Source: Vampirovibrionales bacterium (GTDB lineage: Bacteria; Cyanobacteriota; Vampirovibrionia; Vampirovibrionales; JAJTHC01). Taken from it: 64,000 nt of DNA. The notes beneath the pieces are model-generated. The model did not search any database. It was not told the origin of the DNA and saw nothing but the letters and a program-made list of their open reading frames with translations. Position numbers and translations under genes: made by a program. Position 1 is the first letter of the stretch. Each line of letters begins with the position of its first letter. Positions 1-10,072 of this stretch are shown one piece after another. The stretch lies in NCBI GenBank assembly GCA_044346175.1, contig JBIIZQ010000005.1:20818-84817 (forward strand), given 5' to 3'.

Positions 1-1
1 A

Positions 2-529
2 TTTTGGAAATCAAACGTTTGTGCGACCTATTTTGACCGCCAAGCTTTTTCAAAAGCTGTCGCCGACCAACGAGAAACCACACGTATGGTTTTTGACCAA
101 CAAGGAAGACAGGCTCGCCAAGACCTTTGGCAACAAACTGGGCTGACCCCTCAAAGTCCCCAAGCCCTCCGAGCCACACTTTTGGCGGGTGTGACCCTGC
201 CTGGACTCCCTCAAGCGTCTCCTGTGCCAGTGTGGCTGAGTCGTTTTACAGCTGGACGTTTTTTCACTTTTGAGTTCTTTCGGAATGCTCCTCAAGCCCC
301 TTCTCATCCCTCTGAGTCACGTCAGGGTTTTCTGCATCGTTTACTCCAGCAGGCACAACTGATAGGGCAAGTGGTTCAGCAACAGTTTGGACGAGATAAA
401 TCGCTCAACCAAGCTTTGCGAGAAGAAGAAGCCGAACTGATGGAACAGTCAGAAATGATGCAAGAAGTTTCAGAAGATAAGCTCGTTAAAGAGCAGTTTA
501 AGAATGTAAAGCAAGCCAAGCAGGGCTGA
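2..529 (+). CDS. Hypothetical protein, C-terminal fragment; the gene starts upstream of the window
   Basis: The reading frame is open from nt 2 with no stop before the first Met at 86. The ORF-track entry 86..529 is therefore probably the tail of a longer gene. The product is Q-rich with no recognisable domain. Confidence 0.35.
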   Translation, partial: FWKSNVCATYFDRQAFSKAVADQRETTRMVFDQQGRQARQDLWQQTGLTPQSPQALRATLLAGVTLPGLPQASPVPVWLSRFTAGRFFTFEFFRNAPQAPSHPSESRQGFLHRLLQQAQLIGQVVQQQFGRDKSLNQALREEEAELMEQSEMMQEVSEDKLVKEQFKNVKQAKQG

Positions 530-655
530 TGCGATTATCTTAAGCGTGTATATGCCCTCTTTTTATCAATATCACGGCGCATTCTGATAACCTGTTGAAA
601 TATATGCAAGTTTGATTCATAATCATTGCATCTGTTTTGTGGTCGTCTTTAAAAG

Positions 656-1591
656 TTGGGCTTTGTGATGAAAAAACTCGGTATTGCTTATAATGTGTTT
701 GAGGTGGATGACCTTCTTGAAGCGTCATTGCGTTGTATGCGTCCTCTTGCGGCATACATTGTGGTGGTGTATCAGGTGCGTCATTACACGGGGCAGCCGA
801 TAGCCTCTGAGCATTTAAAACGATTGAAAGCCTTGAAAGCCTGCCAGCTTGTCGATGAGCTTGTGCTTTTTAAGGGTAGCCCGAAGCAGTCTTGGATACG
901 TCAGGAACGTACAAAACGGAATATGGGTCTATTTGCCGTGGCACGGGCGGCGTGTTCTCATTATTTGGCAATGGATGCCGCTGAGTTTTATCTTCCTGAG
1001 GCGTTTGAAAAGGCAAAAGTGCTATTGAGTTCTGAAAATTATGATAGTTCTGTGTGTGTAATACGAGAGTATTTTAAATACCCTACGGTACAACTTTGCT
1101 TGCCAGTGCAAGCCGAAGGGTCATCCACCGCTTTAAGTACTTTACGCTATGTGCCTTTCATTAGTAAATTACCCGTGAAAGAGAGTGTTACAAGGCAAAC
1201 GCTTGAAGCAGGCTTTTTCATGTGGGGGATGTATGGTCATGGGAAGCAAAAGCGTTATCCAGTCCCGAGCAACCCTATCCGACAGTTACCTTTCAAGCGT
1301 GTGAAGGTTTTTCAACCTGACACCCTTGAGATGCACTGTATGGCGTGGGTGCATCCTTCACGCAATCATTGGCATCCTCATGTGAGTGCCTCACCCCATG
1401 TTCAGGCTTACCAGAAGTATTATGAGGCTTGGGAACCCCCACAGCCGATTATTACTTGGGAACAGTTTAAGGTTGTATCTGATGAGGTACCCATGCACGA
1501 TACGCTCTCATTACCCATGACAGGGTTTGAGACGTATCCTTATGTGATTATGCCACATGACCCTTTTGGTATCACGCTTCCACACGCATGA
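656..1591 (+). CDS. Putative GT-A-fold glycosyltransferase-like protein, paralog A
   Basis: It is clearly homologous along its whole length to ORF 34742..35608. Shared blocks include MxKLGIxYxVF..LLEASLxCMRP..IVVVYQ, RxERxKRNxGL, MDxxEFYLPEAFxxAKV, YDxSVC, GHGKQKxYPV and PxDPFGI. The DxD-like motif is MDAAEF here and MDTDEF in paralog B, so it may be degenerate in this copy. Confidence 0.5.
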   Translation: MGFVMKKLGIAYNVFEVDDLLEASLRCMRPLAAYIVVVYQVRHYTGQPIASEHLKRLKALKACQLVDELVLFKGSPKQSWIRQERTKRNMGLFAVARAACSHYLAMDAAEFYLPEAFEKAKVLLSSENYDSSVCVIREYFKYPTVQLCLPVQAEGSSTALSTLRYVPFISKLPVKESVTRQTLEAGFFMWGMYGHGKQKRYPVPSNPIRQLPFKRVKVFQPDTLEMHCMAWVHPSRNHWHPHVSASPHVQAYQKYYEAWEPPQPIITWEQFKVVSDEVPMHDTLSLPMTGFETYPYVIMPHDPFGITLPHA

Positions 1592-1648
1592 CAAACACGC
1601 CTACCTTTGTAGAGGGCGGATAAATCTTTCCCTACACTTTTCAATTTG

Positions 1649-1670
1649 TATCTATCTATCTATCTATCTA
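1649..1670. repeat. (TATC/TCTA)n tetranucleotide microsatellite, about 5.5 units
   Basis: tatctatctatctatctatcta is read directly in the intergenic sequence downstream of paralog A. Confidence 0.8.
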
Positions 1671-2172
1671 GGACTCAAGCAAATATCCACACACGCTAGG
1701 TATTTAAACCCCTAAAACAACGTTTCCCCTCACACCTAAGCATCAGAGGAAACGTATGAAACGTAGTGTGTCAGCAAGCCTTAGCCAACAAAATTGACGT
1801 TACTTCCCGTATTGGGCGGTAGTGTGGGGTCTGCGGGCATGGTGGGCATGGCACCCATCGTATTCATATCACTTGGAGGCTGTGCTGGTACCTGTGGTGC
1901 AGGTGCTGTGACTGTTTCACCCTCGCCAAACTTTGGTTTGGGCTTAAACTGAGCAACATGAGTGCTAATGCCTGAAATCATAGTAGTCAATATCCTTTAA
2001 CCATCTCACCATCGTGGATTGCAACAAAAGACTGATACGAAACACAAAGGGTAAGTCCGCCTGAGGAGACCTGCCTGCCATGGCGGGTTATCTTACACGT
2101 ATTTAAACCCCTGTGAAGGTATAAAAAGGCTTATCTTGTGGATTTGTGCTAATCGTCGAGATACGACAGAGG

Positions 2173-3309
2173 TCATATAGGCATTTGTAGGTCAGTAAAC
2201 GCCATGCAGGAAGTCGGGCAGCTTTGTTCAGAAGAGGGCTTGTTACATGGACATTGTTTGGATAATCGACACGGTACCTGATAAGGGCGTTGCGTCGTGA
2301 GGACACGATGCTCGGTAAGATAAGCGGGGGTTTGAGGTGTAACGGTTTTGGTGTGCCAAGCCCACGGATGCCACTGTGTTTCATCACTGGGGCCAAACAA
2401 TGCCACGCAGGGTACCCCCACCGAGGCCGCCATGTGTAAGCCTACGGAGTCAGCCCCAATAAAACAGGCACTTTGTTGTATCATATGCCATGTGTCCTCA
2501 AAAGAAAGCTTGCCCGCCAGTAGCACCACACGTTCCTTTTGAGAAGCCTCCAGTGGAAGCGCTTTAAAAAGGGCTTCAAGCCTCACGCCATCTTGATGGC
2601 TACCTATGAATGCGAACGTGATATTTGGGTGTGCCACCATACTTCTTTGTAACCAAGTGAGGAGTGCGTCAGGGTGCCAATCTTTTCGAGGGTTGGATGT
2701 AAACGGCTGAATACACCACCATGGTGCTTGTGTGATGGGGATAGTAACAGGAAGCGTCTTTGCTGCCACACTCAAAGGGTCGGGGGCGTAAAGACACAGC
2801 ACCTCATCCGACAGATAAGGTTTTTCAGAAGGCGTTCGAGGTAATGAATCAGATGGGTGAAAGAGTCGTAATAACTGTATCAAGCGTTCTATTTCATGGC
2901 CTGTGGTGGGGTAAGGCATGTGGCGATGCAGAAACCCCGCACGTCCTTGACCCGAAAACCCAACACGATACTTTGCAGGAATGAGTCGTGCCAATAACGC
3001 ACTGGATAAACTTTTTTTGAGTACCAGTATGGCATCATACGCCTTGGTGTGTTTGGCTATGGTTTGTGCCAGATGCCACACCCCGAAAAGCCCTTTGGGT
3101 TTAGGGTAGGGTAGTAGTGTAAGCTTCAATGAAGTGGCATAGCATGCCCACACAGAAGCTACTTGAGGCTCTACGAGAACATGAAACGGCACTTGAGGAT
3201 ACATCCTACGCAACGCCACTACCAAGGGGATACTCAAAATGGTATCTCCAAGGTAACGCGACGGTAGTATCAGCAAAGGTGCCTTGAGGGTGATAGCTTC
3301 CGTTGTCAT
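2173..3309 (-). CDS. Glycosyltransferase family 9 (LPS heptosyltransferase-like)
   Basis: The C-terminal motif GADSVGLHMAASVGVPCVALFGP is typical of GT9 (RfaF/WaaC/WaaQ-type). The N-terminal LILPSRYLGDTI matches the GT9 family. Confidence 0.7.
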   Translation of the reverse strand: MTTEAITLKAPLLILPSRYLGDTILSIPLVVALRRMYPQVPFHVLVEPQVASVWACYATSLKLTLLPYPKPKGLFGVWHLAQTIAKHTKAYDAILVLKKSLSSALLARLIPAKYRVGFSGQGRAGFLHRHMPYPTTGHEIERLIQLLRLFHPSDSLPRTPSEKPYLSDEVLCLYAPDPLSVAAKTLPVTIPITQAPWWCIQPFTSNPRKDWHPDALLTWLQRSMVAHPNITFAFIGSHQDGVRLEALFKALPLEASQKERVVLLAGKLSFEDTWHMIQQSACFIGADSVGLHMAASVGVPCVALFGPSDETQWHPWAWHTKTVTPQTPAYLTEHRVLTTQRPYQVPCRLSKQCPCNKPSSEQSCPTSCMAFTDLQMPI

Positions 3310-3345
3310 GTTAAATCGTCGTTACAAGGAAGAGAACAACCATGG

Positions 3346-4641
3346 CTATACTTTGGCTTCAAGGTAAGCAGCAAGGGCTTGGTAGGTCGCGGGTAAAGTC
3401 ACAATCTCTGTTTGAGATTTACCCACAGCCACAGCATTATCGGGGTCTTTCAAGCCATTACCTGTTAAAATACATACCGTATTGAATGTTTCACCTTGAG
3501 GTAACTTACCAAGACGGGCATGCTTTAATAAACCAGCAACGCCTGCTGCACTGGCAGGTTCACAGAAAATACCTTCTTGACGAGCCAGTAAAAAGTAAGC
3601 TTCAAGGATTTCTTCATCTGTGACACTGTCAATAAGTCCATGAGAATCCGTTTTAGCCGCCATGGCTTTATCCCAGCTTGCAGGGTTGCCAATCCGAATG
3701 GCGGTTGCCACCGTTTCAGGATGTGCAACAGGGTGTCCTAGTACCAAGGGGGCTGCACCCGCTGCTTGGAAGCCGAACATACGAGGAAGCCCCTCGGAGC
3801 GTCCCGCAGCTTGATAATCCTTAAACCCTTGCCAATAGGCACTAATATTACCCGCATTCCCTACGGGAATGGCTAAAATATCAGGTGCGGTGCCACCCAG
3901 TTGGTCGCAGATTTCAAAGGCACCTGTACGTTGTCCTTCAAGACGGTAAGGGTTGACGGAGTTCACGACGGCAATTTCAGGAGAGGTTTCTCCTAAGTGA
4001 CGTACAATGGTGAGGGCTTCATCAAAGTTACCTTGAATTTGCACAATCAATGAACCGTAAAGCATCGCTTGAGAAAGCTTCCCAAGGGCGATTTTACCTT
4101 CAGGGATTAAAATAATCGTTTCCAATTTGGCACGGCTGGCGTGTGCCGCCGCTGAGGCACTGGTATTCCCTGTACTGGCACACACAATGGCTTTGGCACC
4201 ATGATGTTTTGCCATCGTGACGGCGTAGGTCATACCACGGTCTTTAAAGCTCCCTGTGGGGTTCAAACCCTCATATTTAAGCCATACCTCAAAGGTGCTT
4301 CCTGAAAGTTTACTCAGTTCCTCGGACAGCCAAGGGGCGGGAATCAGGGGGGTATTGCCTTCATTGAGGGTAATGATTTCAACCCCTTCACTTTCAGGGA
4401 AGAATTCTCTGTAACGTGCTACCGCGCCTACACATGCCCGTTGATTCGGTTTTTTAGGGCAAGTTGTTGCCTGGCAATGAGGCGTTTTAACCTGAGTGGA
4501 AGACGTATCGCAAACGGATGACCCTGAAGCACAAGATGAAAGCATAAACAAACCCTGCCAAAGCCCATATATTAAAGTATATAAAGAAGCATCATAAAGA
4601 AAAGCGTAGCATACACGCATAACCCCCTCATTGTAGCACAA
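3346..4641 (-). CDS. thrC: Threonine synthase
   Basis: PLP-lysine motif SFKDRGMT, GNTSASAAAH, and the full-length TS fold signature. The first ~60-70 aa are Cys-rich and atypical, so the true start is probably an internal Met. Confidence 0.85.
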   Translation of the reverse strand: MCYNEGVMRVCYAFLYDASLYTLIYGLWQGLFMLSSCASGSSVCDTSSTQVKTPHCQATTCPKKPNQRACVGAVARYREFFPESEGVEIITLNEGNTPLIPAPWLSEELSKLSGSTFEVWLKYEGLNPTGSFKDRGMTYAVTMAKHHGAKAIVCASTGNTSASAAAHASRAKLETIILIPEGKIALGKLSQAMLYGSLIVQIQGNFDEALTIVRHLGETSPEIAVVNSVNPYRLEGQRTGAFEICDQLGGTAPDILAIPVGNAGNISAYWQGFKDYQAAGRSEGLPRMFGFQAAGAAPLVLGHPVAHPETVATAIRIGNPASWDKAMAAKTDSHGLIDSVTDEEILEAYFLLARQEGIFCEPASAAGVAGLLKHARLGKLPQGETFNTVCILTGNGLKDPDNAVAVGKSQTEIVTLPATYQALAAYLEAKV

Positions 4642-4770
4642 GGGATAACCCTAGGGCTATGAGGGTCTGTCTTTGAGAGTGCCAATGTCATCCTGCCCTC
4701 TATAACAAGACACATGACAACTTGATACGCATTCGTTTACACTGGAGCCATATCGTTTAAATGATAGCCC

Positions 4771-6000
4771 ATGTTCCAAGTATTCCATACGACTCGAAAC
4801 CCAAAGGTGTTGTTCTCAAACATGTTGAAACTCAAAGCTCTCTTTCTTGCCCTAACACTTATGATAGCTCACCCTTGTTGGAGCTGGGCAAACCCATCAG
4901 ACCCTCAACCCATTGAAAAACCCATCTCTCAAGTCTCAGAATCGGGTGCCAAGGAAGCCTCCGCACAAAAAGCTATTGACGATTACACCAAAGCCATTGC
5001 ACAAGACCCTACCAATCCTCAATATTACATCCAAAGAGGCTTAGCAAAAACATCATTAAAAAATGAGCAAGGCGGTATTGAGGACTTCACCAAAGCCATC
5101 CAGTTGGATAACTCGCTCGCCTTAGCGTACATTTTAAGAGCCATCTCGAAACAACAACTTGAAGACTTTACGGGTGCCATAGAAGACTGTAACCAAGCCA
5201 TTGCCTTACAACCTCATAAGGATTTTTATATCCTCCGAGGCAATGTTTTACTTCAAAATCACCAATACACTTTAGCCATTGAAGATTACAACAAAGTCCT
5301 CAAGCTAGATAAAGACAATGCAGACGCTTACGCTTTTAGAGGGTATGCAAAAAAAGGACTAAAACAGTACCCTGAAGCACTCAAAGACTTGAATAAAGCC
5401 ATTACACTTAACCACCAGTGTGTGGAAGCTTACTTTCAAAGAGGCCTGATAAGAAGCCTATTCAATGACCACACCAAGGCTCTTGAGGATTTTAACAAAG
5501 TCATTGCCTTAGACCCAAGCCATGCAAATGCCTATTACAACCGAGGCAACCAAAAGGTAAAGCTGGAAAACAGAACGGGTGCCATTGCAGATTACACCAA
5601 AGCCATCAAACTAAAACCCAATCATTTCCGTGCTTACCACAATAGAGGCTGTGCGAAAAGCGAGTTAGGGAACTACCTAGGTGCCATTAAGGATTTTAGC
5701 AAAGCCATTCAGCTGGAACCCAGTAGTGCTGAGGCTTATCGCTACAGGGGTGGCTCAAAGTATGGCTTGAACCGCTATACGGAAGCACTTGAAGACCTTA
5801 ACAAAGCGATTGAGATTAACCCTTTATATGCTGATGCTTATCGTTGTAGAGGTATCGTAAAAGCCTACTTGAAAGACAAAAAGGGTTCTTTTTCTGATAT
5901 GGAAAAAGCCAAGGCACTCTTTCAAGCAGAAAACAATGTCGAGGAGTATCATAAAACAGTTGAAGACCTCAAGAGAGTCAACGAACTGCTTAGAAATTGA
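4771..6000 (+). CDS. Secreted TPR-repeat protein
   Basis: About 10 consecutive 34-aa TPR units (AYxxRGxxKxxLxxYxxAIxDxxKAIxLxP). The signal-peptide-like MLKLKALFLALTLMIAHPCWSWA begins at the internal Met (~nt 4822), which is the likely true start. Confidence 0.75.
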   Translation: MFQVFHTTRNPKVLFSNMLKLKALFLALTLMIAHPCWSWANPSDPQPIEKPISQVSESGAKEASAQKAIDDYTKAIAQDPTNPQYYIQRGLAKTSLKNEQGGIEDFTKAIQLDNSLALAYILRAISKQQLEDFTGAIEDCNQAIALQPHKDFYILRGNVLLQNHQYTLAIEDYNKVLKLDKDNADAYAFRGYAKKGLKQYPEALKDLNKAITLNHQCVEAYFQRGLIRSLFNDHTKALEDFNKVIALDPSHANAYYNRGNQKVKLENRTGAIADYTKAIKLKPNHFRAYHNRGCAKSELGNYLGAIKDFSKAIQLEPSSAEAYRYRGGSKYGLNRYTEALEDLNKAIEINPLYADAYRCRGIVKAYLKDKKGSFSDMEKAKALFQAENNVEEYHKTVEDLKRVNELLRN

Positions 6001-6012
6001 TAAACGTCTATC

Positions 6013-6960
6013 ATGCTTGCCTCCCATAGTCGTGAACTTAAAACTGAAGCCCTTGTCCTGAAAGCCTGTGACTGGAAAGAAACTGATAGGCTCCTATGGG
6101 TGTTGCTTCCTTCCGAAGGGCTGAGTAAAGTCATCGTAAAGCGAGCCAGAAAACACGGGGCTTCCATGGCAGGTGCCGCCCAAGCCATGGCATGGCATAC
6201 CCTTCACTTAAAACGCATGGGGAGCCAAACCCTTAGTAATCCCCTACGTTCAGGGAGTGGCACCCAACCCTACTCGCAAATCACAGGTACGCTGGGGAGC
6301 GAACCTAGCTGGTGGGTACTTGCACAATACGTCCCTCAGCAGATGTTTCCTAAGCTAAAAGCCCATATGCCGAATCATACTTTGGCGATGTTAGCCTGTG
6401 AAATGACGCTTGGTGTTTTAGAAGCAGGGGGCGGTGTTCTTGAAACAACCTCTCAAGAAACCTCACAACCCTACCAAGCCTTATGGACGCATGTACTGGC
6501 ACTGCTTAACGTGTTAGAAACCTCTCCTACCGAAGTGACGCACACCCAAGAAGTGACACCTTGGCACTATGTGGTGCTACTGCGTTGGTTGAGGAAACTT
6601 TTGCATTTGGAAGGTTGGTTAGCTGAGGAGTCGTTGTGCTTACGTTGTGGCATCACGTTGATAGACTATCCACACGCCATTTACTGGGATGCGGAAGCCC
6701 TCGGAGGGGTTTGTCATGACTGTGCTACCACGCACACCGCATCACAGACGGACACCTCAAGATACTCTCAATCCTCCATGCTTACCCTACTAGGCACTGA
6801 AGAAGCCCAAGCATGGTGCCATCAGTTTGCCCCTTTTTGGCATATGCCCGCAGAGGTTAGGTTACAGTATGGGGCTTTGTTACAACAATGGCAAAACCGA
6901 CTGCTTGATGCTTGGGAAAGGCAATACGGGCGAAAGCTTCATACCCGTTGCTTACTTTAA
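6013..6960 (+). CDS. recO: DNA repair protein RecO
   Basis: RecO-like N-terminus (EALVLKACDWKETDRLLWVL) and a C-terminal Cys cluster CLRCG...CHDC typical of the RecO zinc-binding domain. Confidence 0.55.
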   Translation: MLASHSRELKTEALVLKACDWKETDRLLWVLLPSEGLSKVIVKRARKHGASMAGAAQAMAWHTLHLKRMGSQTLSNPLRSGSGTQPYSQITGTLGSEPSWWVLAQYVPQQMFPKLKAHMPNHTLAMLACEMTLGVLEAGGGVLETTSQETSQPYQALWTHVLALLNVLETSPTEVTHTQEVTPWHYVVLLRWLRKLLHLEGWLAEESLCLRCGITLIDYPHAIYWDAEALGGVCHDCATTHTASQTDTSRYSQSSMLTLLGTEEAQAWCHQFAPFWHMPAEVRLQYGALLQQWQNRLLDAWERQYGRKLHTRCLL

Positions 6961-6979
6961 CGCTTTTAAAAAGTCCTTG

Positions 6980-8014
6980 TTAAGAGTGACTCTCTAAACG
7001 AGGGTTACTTGCCCAGCCCAGTTTTTTACGGAGCAGGTCGTAAAATTCAGAAGCCTGACCTGAAAACCGCACTAACGATAAACTTGTACTTGCCGTTGTC
7101 ACATGAATCGCTTCATTGGGTTGAATACTAAAGAGTTCCATACCGTCCATGGTGACAACTAAAGGCGTTTGGTGCCGAGGTTCACACACGACGGTCAATA
7201 CAACACTGGCGGGAATAACAATAGGCTTGGCGGAAAGGGAATGCGGACAAATAGGGGTGAGTACTACCGCTGAAAGTTCAGGGCTTAATACGGGACCTCC
7301 TGCCGCAAGGCTATACGCCGTAGAGCCACTGGGCGTAGAAATAATCAATCCATCCGCATCGTAAGTTGCAAGGGGTTTATTATCAAGAAGTACGGATAAC
7401 CGAGAAAGCTGAGAGGCTGTACCACTTTTAACCACAACATCGTTAATCGCAAAATGATTCCCAAGCTGGAGCATCATACGAGACTCTAGCTCGTACTCGC
7501 CTCGGCAAAGTCGTCGGATAGCCTCGGGGATACGTTCTTTTTCAATACGAGTTAAAAAGCCTAAATGCCCTGTGTTAATGCCTACCATGGGTACTTGTAA
7601 ATAAGCAAGACGTTGGGCTGCACGTAAAAAAGTACCATCGCCCCCTAGGACAATGATGAGGTCAAAGCGAATGTCTGGTAGACCCTCTTGAGACCATGCC
7701 ACTAACGCAGAGGTGCTATGATGTACGGCTTTGAGAGGCTGGCTGCGGTCAAGGCGCTGATGGGTCACTTGTGTTGACACAACCTCAATGCCTTCTCGTG
7801 TGAGCAAGTGGGTTACAAGAGAGGCTAAACGAGCTTGTTCGGCTTCATCGGCAATGGTTTGACTCGCTGCCCCCTGATGCGTTACAAGTAAGACGTGCTT
7901 TATTAAGCCCTGAGGCACCGATAAACCAGACTCAGAACGTATCTCCGAGGTATCCATTGCTTCAAAATCCATCGCACAAACCTGACAATGCCTTACGCTA
8001 ACCCAAAGGCACAA
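6980..8014 (-). CDS. nadK: NAD+ kinase
   Basis: GGDGTFL motif and DGLIISTPSGSTAYSLAAGGP motif. It overlaps panC by 17 nt at its 5' end. Confidence 0.85.
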   Translation of the reverse strand: MCLWVSVRHCQVCAMDFEAMDTSEIRSESGLSVPQGLIKHVLLVTHQGAASQTIADEAEQARLASLVTHLLTREGIEVVSTQVTHQRLDRSQPLKAVHHSTSALVAWSQEGLPDIRFDLIIVLGGDGTFLRAAQRLAYLQVPMVGINTGHLGFLTRIEKERIPEAIRRLCRGEYELESRMMLQLGNHFAINDVVVKSGTASQLSRLSVLLDNKPLATYDADGLIISTPSGSTAYSLAAGGPVLSPELSAVVLTPICPHSLSAKPIVIPASVVLTVVCEPRHQTPLVVTMDGMELFSIQPNEAIHVTTASTSLSLVRFSGQASEFYDLLRKKLGWASNPRLESHS

Positions 8015-9095
8015 GAAGATGATTATCCAATAAACGTACTCTGGGGACTTCTTCAGAAGACCGTTTGATTTGAGAAACGCCCGCTAGCAGTAACGTAGCC
8101 TTCTCTTGCTGATACGCCTGCCAACATGCGTCTAGTGTATCTAAGGTCGTCCAAGTATGCCACTGTTTTACTAAAAGATACTCCTTATGGCTCCAAGGTG
8201 CAACGTCTTGAGGGGCTTCCTGATGACAACGTTTCCAGTGGGCATCCATCCACGCTTCAAGTGAAAGTGTCTCTTGAGGAGGTGTATCGGACTGACAGAC
8301 ACGTAAAAGAGATTCCCGTATGACCTGCAATGTGCAGGCAAACAATTCACCAGCTTGATACATCGCTTCTGTTTCGAGGTAGCGGTTTCTGGAGCTTTTC
8401 GCAAGCCCTTGGGGTATTGAGCATGCTTGTGCGAAAGAAGAGCATGGCTCTCGTACAATCGGGTGTGAAACAATCTCAACGGAAAGCATCAACTCGGCAA
8501 CCATATGTTGGATGACTCGGAGCTGTTGGGCATCTTTTTGTCCAAAAACGGCCACATGCGGTTTTACACACTGCATGAGCTTAAACACCACCGTGGCAAC
8601 CCCTGTAAAGTGTCCTGGTCGGGTTTTTCCGCACATATCATCGGTCAACCAATGAGGCGGCGTAATCACAGTGCGTTCGGTATGGTCTGCCTGTGCGAAT
8701 GTATCAGGATACAGCGTTGTGACAGAAGGTGTCCACACGGCATCAACCCCCACACGTTCACACAAGGTAAGGTCTTCAGTAAGCGTCCGAGGATACTTTG
8801 AAAAATCTTCATTCACACCAAACTGAAGCGGGTTGACAAAGATACTTACGACGACTTTTTGTCCTTTCAGTTTAGCAAGCTTCATCAGTTGAAGATGCCC
8901 TTCGTGTAAGGCACCCATGGTGGGTACCAGTACGACACGTTGGCTGAGGTCTTCTTGTTCGTTTCGCCAAGTTTGAAGGGATTCCAAAGTCGTGAGATGT
9001 TGCATCAGGTAGGGTCTCCTTGAGGGGCTGAAACCTCTGAAGGGAGTCCTAAAAGCATTTTTACGCCCATGGTCAAGGTATAACGGGCTTGCCAA
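7998..9095 (-). CDS. panC: Pantoate--beta-alanine ligase with a ~80-aa C-terminal extension
   Basis: VPTMGALHEGH (HxGH), KLKGQKVVVSIFVNPLQFG, and GQKDAQQL motifs. The ORF track uses a TTG start; an internal ATG (MQHLTTLESL) about 30 codons in would abut the upstream epimerase stop. Confidence 0.8.
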   Translation of the reverse strand: MASPLYLDHGRKNAFRTPFRGFSPSRRPYLMQHLTTLESLQTWRNEQEDLSQRVVLVPTMGALHEGHLQLMKLAKLKGQKVVVSIFVNPLQFGVNEDFSKYPRTLTEDLTLCERVGVDAVWTPSVTTLYPDTFAQADHTERTVITPPHWLTDDMCGKTRPGHFTGVATVVFKLMQCVKPHVAVFGQKDAQQLRVIQHMVAELMLSVEIVSHPIVREPCSSFAQACSIPQGLAKSSRNRYLETEAMYQAGELFACTLQVIRESLLRVCQSDTPPQETLSLEAWMDAHWKRCHQEAPQDVAPWSHKEYLLVKQWHTWTTLDTLDACWQAYQQEKATLLLAGVSQIKRSSEEVPRVRLLDNHLLVPLG

Positions 9096-10072
9096 TCAGG
9101 GAGGGGGGTAACGGCATGCTGGGGCGGGGTGAACATCTCTCGGGTACGGTAGGGGTATGCTCCCCACTGTGGTTGAAGTGCCGTTTCAGGAGGCAAATGG
9201 GCGTTAAAACAAGCCACTACTTCTTGGAGCGTTACAGTATTCGGGGACGGTAAAGCGTACTGTGCCGAGAGGGTGGTCATATTGGGAAGTGTTTTAGTCA
9301 CGGCATGCGTGAGTGCGTCGCAGAGGTCGGTCTCGTAAAGAAAATGGAAGGACTGGCGTATGCCATCAGTCAATTGGATGGGTTGTCTTTCAGTGAGAGG
9401 CGTTAATGCCGCTTGACGCAGTATCGGTAATACCTTACGACGTGTGTCACTTACGCCATAGGTGTCGTAAAGTTTCAGGGTTAAAGTTGGTAGGGTGTAT
9501 ACCTCGGTATAGTATTGTAGTAGGGCTTCAAAAGCCTGTTTGGTAGCGGCGTAAAGATTCACAGGTGCATAAGGGGCATCTTCAAAATGTTGCCATACTG
9601 TTCCCATGTTGAGTACCCACCCAAACCTATCTGTTGTGGTATGTGCTTGCTGATGGGTACGTTGCTGATGTACATAACGTCCCCAAGCCTCTAAGCACAC
9701 GGTACCAAACAGGATATTGCTTTCTATCAGGGTTGCCAACTGATGAGGTTGATGTTCGCCTAAAAAGCAAGTGGCAAGATGTAGGAATCCTTCAGGGCGA
9801 TATTGATTGAGGTTCTCAAGTAAAATTTCAAACCACATGGCATTATCCACAGGTAAGGATACTAAAGTAGCACCCTGTGTTTGAAGGGCTTGTGCTTGAC
9901 TAGTACTTACATCACGCACCACACATACCACATGCCACCCTAAATTTAACCAGTGTGGTACCACACACTGCCCCACAAACCCCGTTGCTCCCGTGACCCA
10001 CACCGTGGGTTTGGGATGAGGTGTATTGAGGGCTTTTTCTGAAGAAGGGTTTGTCAGCTTAGAGAACATCAT
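9005..10072 (-). CDS. NAD-dependent epimerase/dehydratase (SDR family)
   Basis: N-terminal Rossmann motif VWVTGATGFVGQ, and Y(ATK) in YAATKQAFE consistent with the SDR catalytic YxxxK. Confidence 0.7.
   Translation of the reverse strand: MMFSKLTNPSSEKALNTPHPKPTVWVTGATGFVGQCVVPHWLNLGWHVVCVVRDVSTSQAQALQTQGATLVSLPVDNAMWFEILLENLNQYRPEGFLHLATCFLGEHQPHQLATLIESNILFGTVCLEAWGRYVHQQRTHQQAHTTTDRFGWVLNMGTVWQHFEDAPYAPVNLYAATKQAFEALLQYYTEVYTLPTLTLKLYDTYGVSDTRRKVLPILRQAALTPLTERQPIQLTDGIRQSFHFLYETDLCDALTHAVTKTLPNMTTLSAQYALPSPNTVTLQEVVACFNAHLPPETALQPQWGAYPYRTREMFTPPQHAVTPLPDWQARYTLTMGVKMLLGLPSEVSAPQGDPT

Noticed and set aside
1781-1990. 69-aa P/T-rich small ORF between paralog A and the GT9 gene
   Set aside because: No RBS or promoter evidence could be established, and the composition looks like out-of-frame GC-rich sequence. 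Left unannotated.
3346-4641. Many N-terminal extensions of 30-80 aa in the ORF-track calls could be lineage-specific leader domains. Examples: thrC, nadK, the DHH gene, alaS, miaA, the polyprenyl synthase, cdaA, and the SBP.
   Set aside because: This is most simply explained by longest-ORF calling, including TTG/GTG starts, upstream of the true internal start codons. Canonical homolog N-termini begin at internal Met residues.
8126-8801. Several 60-100-aa ORFs on both strands inside panC and other long genes (for example 8126..8323, 8171..8479, 8330..8515, 8505..8801, 13206..13763, 26265..27864 and their internal ORFs)
   Set aside because: They are wholly embedded in well-supported, motif-bearing genes on the opposite strand or frame, which is typical of spurious ORFs in roughly 50% GC DNA.
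9050-9065. Apparent extra T in a T-run (my manual reading gives 6 T's at ~9057-9062) that would frameshift panC
   Set aside because: The supplied ORF track, which was computed from the same window, reads through. I attribute the discrepancy to my own transcription or counting error rather than to a real frameshift or pseudogene.
7998-9095. Bifunctional PanC/cytidylate kinase fusion, as in cyanobacteria
   Set aside because: The C-terminal extension has no P-loop or CMK motifs and is only ~80 aa.
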